From contig QPMI01000263.1 in the NCBI GenBank assembly GCA_004431415.1, positions 1 through 64,000 on the forward strand: a stretch of DNA of 64,000 nucleotides. The letters run 5' to 3'. Positions 11,101 through 21,300 of this stretch are shown one piece after another (the stretch's first letter is position 1; the number at the start of each line of letters is the position of its first letter). A program made the position numbers and the translations under genes. This DNA is from Cyanophora paradoxa CCMP329. Its lineage: Eukaryota > Plantae > Glaucophyta. A model generated the notes under the pieces. The model saw only the letters and a list, made by a program, of their open reading frames with translations. It was not told where the DNA came from and did no database searches.

Positions 11101-14100
11101 TCGCGACTGCTGAAGCTGAAGTCGCGGCGCTGCCGCCCGCCCGCAGGCTCCTGGCGGAGGCGTCGAGCCCGAGCGAGCTCAACGCTCTGGACGTGGCGGG
11201 CAAGGCCCCGCTGCACCTCGCCGCGGCCTGCGGGTCCCTCGACGCCCTCCGGTCAGTTCAGGAGCGGCCCGGCGCTGCTTTAAATTTCAGACCGGCGCCG
11301 CCTCCGCAGCGCGGTTCTGGACGCCGGGGCCGACGTGGAGTGCCTGGACGGGGGCACGGGCGAGACGCCGCTGCACGCGGCGGCGGGGGCGCTGCAGGCC
11401 GGCGCCGTGCGGCTGCTGCTCGAGCGGGGCGCGGACGCGAGGGCCGAGGACCTCGGGCGCGCGACGCCGCTGCTCCGCTGCGGCGCCGCGCTCCTCGAGC
11501 GCCCGCTGCCGCGTAAGGACGGCGGCGGCGGCCTGAACGCGGAGCCGGGGGAGGTGACGGAAGAGGGCTGGCGGCTGGCCGCCGCGATGCGGGCCTCGGC
11601 CCTCGACGCCGTCGACGCGCTGCTCGCGGCCGGCGCCGACGTCAACGCCGCCCGCGGCGCCGACGGCGCGACGCTCCTCGTCCTGGCGGCCGCGTCGGAG
11701 GCGGGGCGCGACCCCGGGTTCCTCGGGGCGCTGCTCGACCGCGGGGCCGACGTCAACGCCGCCGCCGCGCCAAAGGCCGGCGCTGGCGCCGGTGAGGACG
11801 AGGCGCGCGATCGCGGCCGCGGCGCCGGCCGCGGGCGGCGCGATGGCGGGGTGCGGGGCACGGCGCTGGCCGTCGTGGCGGGGCTGAGCACGAAGGAGGG
11901 GGTCGCGCTCCCCCTCGAGCTCGTCCAATTCCTCCTCTCGCGGGGCGCCGACCCCAACGCCGGCCCCCGCTCGGCCCGGCCCATCGCCGCCGCCGCCGAC
12001 CAAGTCCGGACCGACGCTGCCGTCCTGCAGGCCCGCGACCGCCCCGGCCCCTCCCGCCTCGCTCGTTCTTCCTCGCCTATCCGGCCCCGCAGGCGCTGCT
12101 GGAGGCGGGCGCCTCGCTGGACGCCGAGGTACCCTCGTTCCTGTGGAAGGGCCCCCCCGCCCTCTCGCTCCTCGCCACCGAGAGCGCAGCCGCCCGCGAG
12201 TGCGCATATATATGCATGCGCCCCATAAGAGCCTTCAAGGCTTCGAGGCTCTCTAGATCTCTGAGCTCTGACTATATAAACGCGTCGCGCATGCGCCTCA
12301 TAATTATAATTATAAAAGCCTCGAGGCTCTTTCTGAGGGCGGCGGCGGGCCGCAGGTGCCTCCTGCGGGGGGAGGCGGCGCGGCTCTCGGCCCCCGGCGC
12401 CCCGCGCCCCGCCATCGAGCGCGCGCTCGGGGCCAACCCGCTCCTCGAGGAGGGCAGGCGCCGGGTGCGCTCGAGCTCGAGCTCTTTAAATTTCTGGGCC
12501 TCCCCCTCTAGATTTATGCATAGCCGCCTCCCTCCTTTTCCCTCTTAATCAGCCGCGGGCCGGGCCGGCCGCGGACCGCAGGACGCGGCGATGCTGCCGA
12601 CGACGGGGCTGCCCTTTGGGTGCGCCGCGGGCTTCGGATCCGACTCCGTCCCCTTTCATTTGAATTTGATATTCACGCACCGGTACCCCCCGGCCCGCAG
12701 GCTCCTGGCGGCGGCCTTCGTGTCTGCCATCGAGGGGCGCAACGACCTCACCGCGTGCGCCGCGCCCTCGCTATTTATATACCGAACTCCCGAGCGCCGC
12801 TGAGCGCCAGCCGCGCGCCTCGCAGCCTGGCGCTGGACCTGCTCCTCTGCTGCGAAGGGCCCCTTCGCGAGCGAGACTTCCTCCTCTTCGCCTCTCCGGC
12901 CCGCCCCTTTACTATTGGATTGGATTTGCTCTCGTCCCATCTGAGGCCGGGCCCGGGGCAGATGGCGCGGACTATTCCGAGCAAGGAGGAGACCGAGCGG
13001 CTGCTGCGCGGCGTAAAGGGCGTGGCCGCCCTCGAGGGGCGCTTCGAATTCGACGGCGAGGGGCCCGCGCCCGAGGGGCCGGCCGGGCCGACGCCCGCCC
13101 CGCAGCCCGCCGCCGCCCTCCGCGAGGCGCGCTCCTCCGCTCCTCCCTGTTTGACTCTCATTCTCACTTCCGCCTCCGCAGGCGTGCCGCCTGGGTTTCC
13201 GCCTGACGGCCCTCCGCCTCGCCCGCGCCGCCCCCGCCCCCGCCCTCGAGTCCGCCCCGCCGCCCCCCGCCGCCCCTGGGTCCGATCCCCGCTGAGGCCG
13301 GCCCAGCGAGCCGGACGCGGAGGGGCGCACCCCGCTCCACCACGCCGTCGCCTTCGGGCCCGAGATGCTCGACGTCTGCGGCGCCCTCTTCGACCGGGGT
13401 CGGCCCTCCTGCCCTTTGAACTGAAATCTAAACGAACCTCAGTATACATTAACTGAATTTAAACGGCTCTTAGACCGGGGTCGGCCCTAGGCCTAGGCCT
13501 CCTGCTCTCAGCTCTCGCCCCTCAGTATACATATTTCAATTCGAACGCGTCGTTGTTTTGCAGGGGCGGAGCTGACGGCGAGGGCGCTGGACGCGACGCG
13601 GGACGCGGCCTTCCGGCGGGCCCTCAAGGAGCGCGCCGCCCTCCGCCAGGTCTTCATCAGGCGCGCCGCCCAATTGCAAACCAGACTGCTTCATTTCATT
13701 TCAAGCTTAGCTTCTTGACTTCTTTAACCAAATTAAACCCACGACCCGATGTGTAACTTCCTTTCAAGCTTAAGAGTTGACTGCGCGCTCGGGCTCGCAG
13801 CTACGGGCACAAGCCGCCCGAGGTGGCGGCCTTCGCCGCCCGCCTCCGGGACCGCCTCGAGGCCGACGGCGTCATGGTGCCCCGGCCCTCCCAGCTCCCG
13901 AGCTTCTTTACATGCCATGATGCCCTAATTATGATCCTGACTGCCGCGGCCGGCGCGTGCGCAGTGCTGGGTGCGGCTCGATCCGAGCTCTGATCATGAC
14001 CTCCGGACCGCCGGGCCGGCGCCGACGACGTACCCCTCTGATCGCGAGAGGCTCGCGATCGCAGATGGACGAGATGAAGGCGACGGGCATCCAGGCCGGC

Positions 14101-15998
14101 ACCGAGGCCCGCACCCGCCCCTGTACCCCCCGTCCTGCGCCCGAGGCCCTGCCTGACTCCGTACCCCCGCCCCGCAGTGGAGGGAGGAGATCGGGCGCGG
14201 CCTGCGCGCAGCAAAGGCGGTCGTCTTCGTCGCGTCGCCGGTAGGTTTAACGCACACGTACCCCCCTCCGCTTCACCCCCTCCTCAAACCTCGCGATCGG
14301 GCCGGGGCAGCACTCGTGCGGGTCGGACTGGTGCATGCTGGAGCTCTCGCGGGCGCGGGACCTCGGCAAGGCCCTCGCCCCCGTCTGGCGCCTCCGCTCC
14401 GAGCTCGACCCCCGCGCAGCCGTCCGCTTCCGCCCCGCCCCAGGACTCGGTGTACATGTAGCCCCTGCTGACGGAACCGGCAGACCCTCCTGGCCGGCCT
14501 GCACATCGCGGACTTCACGACGCGCGCACCGGTACCCCCCATTGCTCGGAGCATCCCTTAACACCCCCCCCCCCCCCCCCCCCCCGCAGGGACGAGCTCT
14601 TCGAGTCGGGGTACCCTGACTTCCTCGCCGGCCTCCGCGCCGCCCTCTCCGCCGCCGGCGCCGTCGAGAGCGGTACGTACCCCCATCGCGCGCGCCGTTC
14701 CGTTCCCTCTTCGTCGAATTCGAATTCGAATCCGCTGACGCGGGGCAGAGGGGGGGCCGGAGGAGGCGGCCCGCGCGCTGCTGGCCCGCCCGCACGCCCG
14801 CTGCGACCCCGCCGCCGGCCCGTTCTGCCTCCTCTGGTGCACCCCCGAGGTGCTTCCTGCGCCCCGCCCGCTGCTCCACCCCGCTCGCCCCCCCCCCCCC
14901 CCCCCCCCGAGCCTGTACCCCCCAGGACGCCCCCCGCATGCACCCCGTCCTCGACGCGGCGGCCGCGAGCGGCGTGCGCTGCTTTGTCGACTGCTCGGTG
15001 CCCTGCCCTTCGGATTTTCTACAGCAAATCATAAAATTAAAAATTTGCACACACCTCTTAACACTGGTCCACAACAACCGCAGGACGGCCCGCCGGGCGC
15101 GGAGGCGTCGGCGGCCCTCGCTGCCTGCTCGGCTTTCGTACCCCTCCTCTCGCCTTCCTCCGCCTCGTCCCCCGCCCTCGCCCTCCGCCTTCAGGTCCGT
15201 TCGAACTTGCGCCCCGTACCCCTCCACGAGTTCGAGCCCCCCTCCCTCCCTCCCCGCAGGCTGCCGCTGCCCGCTCCGTCCCTGTCCGCCCCCTCGTCCT
15301 TTCCGGCGTGCAGGCGAGTCTGTTCCCATCCATTCTCATCTATTGTAGCCGCGGCGAGCCTCGCGATCGGGCGCAGGTGCCCTTCGCGCTGGAGTACAGC
15401 CTCGCGCAGACCCGCGGCTTCCCGCTCCTCGCCGCCGGCCCCGCGGAGGATCCGGAGGACCTTCCCGTCCGTCCGGTCCCGCACGATTAAGGACCCCGTC
15501 TTGAGCAGGGATGGGTAATCCTCGGCCCCTCAGGTCGTGGGCGCGCTGCTGGCGGCCGCGGGCGCGGGGGGTCCTAGGCCTGCCGTGCAGGCAGGCGGCG
15601 CCCCGGGAGGCGGTGGCCACGGGTCTTCGGGGGTACATGTACAGGCGGTCTCTGGAAATCCGAAGCTTGAGGCCCTCCGCGCCGCGATCGCGGAAGCGGA
15701 CGCCGACCTCGCGCGGGTTCGAATCCGAGCCGCAGCTTCCCTTGCGCGGACTTCACGCAGACTCAACCCGTGCTCGCAGTTGGAGGCGCGGGCGAGGGAG
15801 CTACAGCGGGCGGCCGCGGGCGGGGGCCCCGGCGGGGCGGCCGGCGCGGGCTCCGCCCCCACCCCAACGCCTGCTCATGCTCCGGTTGGCGACGCGCCGG
15901 CCGCGGGGCTGCCGGGCGCCGGAGCCGGCTCCAGGCAGTCGCCGCAACCCCCGGCCCGGGCCCCTCCTTCGAATTCGCGAGCATGCGCCCTCATGTAG
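8175..15998 (+). CDS. Ankyrin-repeat / TIR_2 / TIR-like / coiled-coil / CaaX protein (paralog B), multi-exon
   Basis: cgccATGg at 8175 (MAPAAAAAVDTRDAVQAAIRGDEEAVW|RLL). Ankyrin motifs: DVAGKAPLHLAAACGSLDALR, TGETPLHAAAGALQAGAVRLLLERGAD, LLAAGADVNA, EGRTPLHHAVAFG. Spliced TIR from 13650 to ~14420: VFIS|YGHKPPEVAAFAARLRDRLEADGVM|CW|MDEMKATGIQAGTE|WREEIGRGLRAAKAVVFVASP|HSCGSDWCMLELSRARDLGKALAPVW. Second TIR-like unit ~14800-15470. Ends SNSRACALM* (TAG 15996-15998). The continuity of the N-terminal exons into one gene is inferred. Confidence 0.75.
13113..13400 (+). repeat. High-identity inverted repeat copy 2 (partner 2281-2560) inside paralog B
   Basis: Direct visual alignment with the reverse complement of 2281-2560. 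Confidence 0.9.
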
Positions 15999-16059
15999 CC
16001 TTCTTCATTTCAGCTGATCGACCGCGTTCGTTAGCCTTCATTTTAGGGGGGGCAAGGGT

Positions 16060-16490
16060 CGCGAGGCCCTTCGGCCCGGCTCGTCCTGAGGAGAGGGGCC
16101 CGGGCTGTCGGGGAGGGGCCGGGGCTCTAGAAGGGGACGGCGGGGTGGGCGAAGCCGTGAGGGGTGGGCGGGGGGCTCAAGAAGGGGGCAAAGGAGGTCG
16201 GGGAGGGCGAGGCCGCAGAGCCCTCTGGCTCGCCCTGATCATGAGAAGAGGGGCCCGGGCTGGGCGCCGCAGTGGGGTCGGCGGAAGGGGAGGACGACGG
16301 GGTCTGAGAGGGAGAATTCGAAGGGGTTTTTGAGATCTGTTGTAGAGAAGGAGAGGGGGTACGTGTCGGATACGGTGAGGGGGAACGCCGGCGCGATATC
16401 GATGGGGACTTGCAGATCTAGAGGCTCGCGGAGGGGGAAGGGGAGGGGGTGCGCGTAGGAGACGGCAAAGGAGATGGAGAGGGCCCCGGA
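16060..16490 (-). pseudogene. Decayed duplicate of the Ser/Pro/Thr linker region of the neighbouring subtilase gene
   Basis: Shares same-orientation blocks with 19735-20050, e.g. gggctgggcg(c/g)cgcagtgggg, gagagggggtacgtgtcgg, gcgtaggagacgg and ggctcg(c/t)cctga; interrupted by stops and insertions. Confidence 0.6.
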
Positions 16491-16944
16491 CGAGGGGGAG
16501 GACCTCAGAAGGTACGGTACGGAGACGAGAGGGTGATCGGGTACGGGTGCCTCCGACGGGCGTGGGATATCCAGGAGCGGTATTCGGTATTCGTCTTGTC
16601 CTTCAAGGTTTGAGCTGGCGTGGGAAATCTCGAAGGCTGTTGCGCGGCTATATAGCTAGGGTGATTTGCGATCATCGGATTGTGGAGCGCGCGCAGAATT
16701 CGATCTAGATCTAAATTTAATTAAATCTAGCTAGAGAAAAGACGGAATTTCGAAGGAGAAATATGAATTCGAAAGGCTCAATTTGCAAGATCCTGAGAAT
16801 TCGGCACCCGGTGACCAGATCTAGATCGACATAATACCAGGCGCGCATATAAAAACGCCGCGACGCCGTAGGCGGTCCGCAGTACCACGTGCACGCATCC
16901 CAGTCCATGCAGCTTTAATTTTGATTTCATGATCATGCGCGCAG

Positions 16945-17918
16945 AATCGATCGATATCGCGCCCGGTGCCCTCGAGCAGGTGCGCATGCAGCCCCGACCG
17001 CGTTTCTTGGCATAAAAATTGCATCGCAATTTTCCTGCCGATTTCCGACGTCGATGTCGCTTCGAATTCTTGCGATCGTCCGCGTGGAGCAGATGGATGC
17101 GCGCCCGAGCCGGATTGATCACCGCGAGCGGTATGAGGTGCGCGTAATTATAAGCTCGCGCAGCTCGCAGTGAATATCCGAGAAATTCGGATGAATTTCC
17201 GCGAGCGCACAGGAGTACTTCGAGCTGCGCCGCGAGGTGAAGAGCCTGGAGGAGCGGCTGGCGGCGAACGAGCAGCGGCGGGCGGCGGACGAGCAGCGGC
17301 AGGCGGCGGACGAGCGCGCGCTGCGGACGCTCCTTGCACACATCCGCGACCACCCGAACAGCGACGACAGCTGCCTCTACACCGAAGACGTCCTGAGTGC
17401 GCGCCCTGCGCCAGGCTGGGGTCGCAAAATGTATTCGGATTGCAAATATGATTCTGAAAGACTCGCGGCCGCGCGCAGAGGTGCTGGAGCGTGATCGAGA
17501 GCCGCCCCCGAAACCGCGCGCCGTGATCGAAAACCCAACCGCGGCGAAAGTGCGCAATTGCAATTTTTGCTATCTCGGAACAAGCGATTGCATTCGAATT
17601 CGAAGAATACGAAGAGATATCGAATTGTTTTCATCCACCCTCAATTTAATTCTGTGCGCGCAGCTCGCGCAGTATCTCGATAATCAGTCGGTGTGCTTCG
17701 TGACGGCGACGGGGGCGAAATATCACTTTGCCCGCTGTGCCGCGCTCTACGAGGGACGGGACTTGAAGCACAAGGACTACCACCGCGCCCACCCTGGGAT
17801 CACCGGCTATGTCTTCGGGAGCGAGAAAGAGATGCACATGGGGGCGAAGGCCATGGATGCGCCGACTGGCCATGGGCCCGGGAGCAAGCTTCAAGGCTGC
17901 GGCATGTGCATCATCTAA
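16945..17918 (+). CDS. Small hypothetical protein: coiled coil + C-terminal Cys/His metal-binding-like motif; 5' end uncertain
   Basis: GT-AG exon chain ESIDIAPGALEQ|MDARPSRIDHRERYE|EYFELRREVKSLEERLAANEQRRAADEQRQAADER...|...|LAQYLDNQSVCFVTATGAKYHFARC...GCGMCII* (TAA 17916-17918), inside a lower-GC island. Confidence 0.55.
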
Positions 17919-18320
17919 TATTAATGCACCAACAACTCGCATTTTTCGCATTTTTTCAATGCGCTAATAGCTAAATGAAAGCGCCCTTGTTACTGTCACG
18001 CTTCGACTCGAATTCGAAAAAATTGTCGCGCGAAACCGATATCTCGAGCTCGCACACGCCGTGACGAATCATTTTGCGCCTTTTTCGAATTATCGTGGAT
18101 TTTTGCCTTCGAATTTCGCGCGTTGAAATCTGTGCGTGTCGTTTCTTGGTCTATGTCTAGCCTGGTAGCTAAGTCTGTCTAGCGCACAAGTACTGTGAAA
18201 TGGCAACATTCGAACAAGGCATACACGACTGAGCCTCGCAGGAAGGCAACAATATCTGATCCGCAATCATCAAGGCCAAGCCCCCGCCCCCGGGCCCGCG
18301 AAAGATTGCGCCAGGCGGCC

Positions 18321-21300
18321 CTAGACGATCTCCGGCCGGACCTCGAAGGGGTGGATGGCGGGGGCCTCCCCGCGCGCCGGGCCGCCGGCGCCGGCGGCCC
18401 GCCCCCCCGGCGTCCACTGCGGCGGAGGCTCGGGCGGGGACCCGGAGGCGGAGGCGGCCGGCGGCTGCTGGTGGAAGCGGGGCGGGGAGGAGGCCATCGG
18501 GGGCGCCTCGTGGGGCGAGTCCCACGCGAAGGAGGGCCGTCCCCGCGCCCCCTCCATCCGCTCCCGCCGCCGCCGCCGCCGCCTGTGCACCAGCACCGCC
18601 CCCCCGATTCCCAGCACCGCAGCCCCGCCCGCCGAGCCTGCGCACGCCCGCCCCCGTCAGCCACACGCGCCAGCGAAGCAAAGATCAGAAGCGGCGGGAG
18701 GGCTCGCCGGCGACGGCGCCGGCGACGGCGCGGGGCTCGGTGCCGGCGCCGGCGGCCGCCTCGGAGCGCAGGACGCCGGGCGTCGCCCCGTCGTCCGCGG
18801 CGGGGACCGTCGGGGGCGGCGCCACGTCCACCGCCAGCGGCGCCGGCGCCGGCGTCGGCGACCCCGTCGCAGCTGCAGGAATCAGCCAAGGGCGGGAGGG
18901 CGGGGAGAAAGGGGGGTACGGGCACCGAGGACGGGTACGAGGCCCTGGAGGACAGTGACGGAGAGGACGGTGTACCCCGGGATGGAGAAGGGGCCCGGGG
19001 CGCCGCCCTCCCCCGCGGGGCCCGCCAGCGCCTCGAGGACGGCGGCGGTGCTCGGCTGGCCCGCCCCGGCCGACATCGGAGGGGAGAACCCTGCGCCGGC
19101 GCTCGTTAAGCGGCAATCACAAGCGAGCTCGAGCGCGCGGCCGCGAGCGCGCACGGGTGGTGACGCGGAGGAGGGCGGAGGAGGATAAGGAGGCGGCGGC
19201 GGCGAGGGCGCGGCGCTGGCGGCCGGCGGGGGCGGAGGCGTTGATGGCGAGGACGGCGACGCGCTCGGCGCGGAGGGCAAGGCGCTCGGCGAGGGCCCCC
19301 TCGAAGCGGCTGCCGTTGAAGGCCCCCGCCCCCTCCGCCGGCGTCGCCAGCACGAAGGCAACCACCACTGGCCCCGGCCGCTCCGTCAGGGGCGGGGCGG
19401 GGGGGAGCAGGGGGGGCGGCGGGGCGGAGGAGGGCACCAGGGCCGGGCGTGGGGCTGGGCGACGGGGTCGGGGGCGCCGTGGGGCCCGCCAGCTCGCTCG
19501 GCATCGGCGTCGGGCTCGGGCTGGGGCCCTCGGGGGCCGGCGACGGGCTCGGCTCCTCCGTAGGGCTCGGCCCGGGCTCCGCGGAGGGCGCCGTCGTCGG
19601 CTCCGGCGCGGGGGGCGGCGGGCTGGGGCTCGGAGAGGCATCGAGCGTGGCGTTGCCTCCGGGGTCGGAGGCGGCGGGGGTAGGGGACGGGGACGCGCCG
19701 CCCGCAAAGGGGGTCGGGGTGGGCGAGGCCGCGGGGCCCTCCGGCTCGCCCTGAGGAGAGGAAAACGGGCTGGGCGGCGCAGTGGGGCCGGCGGCGGAAG
19801 GGGAGGGCGATGGGGTACGAGAGGGAGAAGGGGAGGGAGAGGGGGTACGTGTCGGGGACGGGGAGGGGGTACGCGACGGGGACGGCGTGGGGCTCGCAGA
19901 GGGGAAGGGGAGGGGTACGCGTGGGAGACGGTGAGGGAGATGGGGAGGGGTACGCGTTGGAGACGGTGAGGGGGATGGGGAGGGGGTACGCGTTGGAGAC
20001 GGTGAGGGGGATGGGGAGGGGGTACGCGTAGGAGACGGGGAGGGGGATGGGGAGGGCGAGGGGGAGGGGGTACGGGACGGAGATGGCGAAGGAGATGGGG
20101 AGGGGGTACGGGACGGAGACGGCGAAGGAGATGGGGAGGGGGTACGGGACGGAGATGGTGACGGGGAGGGGGACGGGGTGCGGGAGGGCGTGGGGGAGGG
20201 TTGCGGCGAGGGAGTCGCCGGCGGCTGCGGCGCGGAGGCGACGGCTGCGCGGGCCGGGTTACATGTCAGCGGCGAGCGGGGGTACAGGCAAGGCGCAGGG
20301 GCGGACAGCAGAAGGGCGGGGAGGACGTGACGTTGAGGGCGAAGGAGGCTGCCCGGCACGTGTACGTGAGGCAGGGGGCCTCCACCGCCTGTCGTACCCC
20401 TCGCCGGTGCCCGGGAGTGGCGGGATCGGCGGGGCGGGGGTGCGCACCAGGACGAGGCTGACGCCGGCTGCGACCGAAAGGGTGACCCGGGACCCGGGAT
20501 TGCAGGCCGTGGCCACTGGGGCGGGGCGGCCGTCAGTCAGGGCGAGGGCAGCGGGGTGGGGGGCGCGGGGGAGGGCCGCACGGTCTCTGGCGCGGACGAC
20601 GGGGGCGGCGCCGGGGCCGAGGGGGCAACCCTCGAGCAGCAGGAGCCAGAGGCGCTGCGAGCCGGCCGGCGCGCCGCACCCGCTCACAGTCACCTCCCTG
20701 CGCGCACAGCCGGCCCCGTTGGCCCAGCGCGGGACGGGCCGAGGGCGGATCTAGAGGGCGGGAGCGGGGGCGGGGCGGGGGGCGGGCCTCTGGAAGGGGG
20801 CGGCGGGGACGCGGAGGAGAGACACCGAGTTGAAGTCGTAGTCGGCGTTGAGGGTCACGTCGAGCTGGTACGCGAGCCCGTTTACCACCTGGCGTCCAAG
20901 TGCGCCGAGGTCAGCGGCTGGCGGCGGCGCGGAGCTGTCGCGTGCAGACCCCAAAGCTGTAGGCGGGGACGGAGCCCCGGACTGGGGCCCCGCAGCCGTC
21001 TGCCACGGGGAGCGAGGCGCAGCCTGCGGCCGGCGGGGGCGGGCGGGGGTCGGCGGGCGGGGGCGGCGCGGGCGGAGAGAGGGGAAGGCGCGGACGGTCG
21101 GCGGGGGCGGGCGGGCAGCTGGCGTTGGTGACGGAGAGGCCAAAGGCACCGAGGTCTGCGGCGCCGCTTAGGCGGGGCGGGGCGGGGCGGTGCAGTGCGG
21201 GGCGGGGCGACACTAGAGGCTATAAGCTGCAAGCTTCTCCGAAGCTACAGGCGGGGAGTGGCGGGGCGGGGCGGTGCCGCGGGGCGGCTTCCGTGGTGCG

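Noticed and set aside
17904-17918. Possible CaaX at the end of the island gene (GMCII*)
   Set aside because: The Cys is third from the end, not fourth; it is better read as part of a CxxC motif.
19790-20200. Regular ~36-nt repeats resembling a CRISPR array
   Set aside because: No unique spacers and no cas genes; this is an in-frame coding SP/T repeat in a eukaryotic gene.
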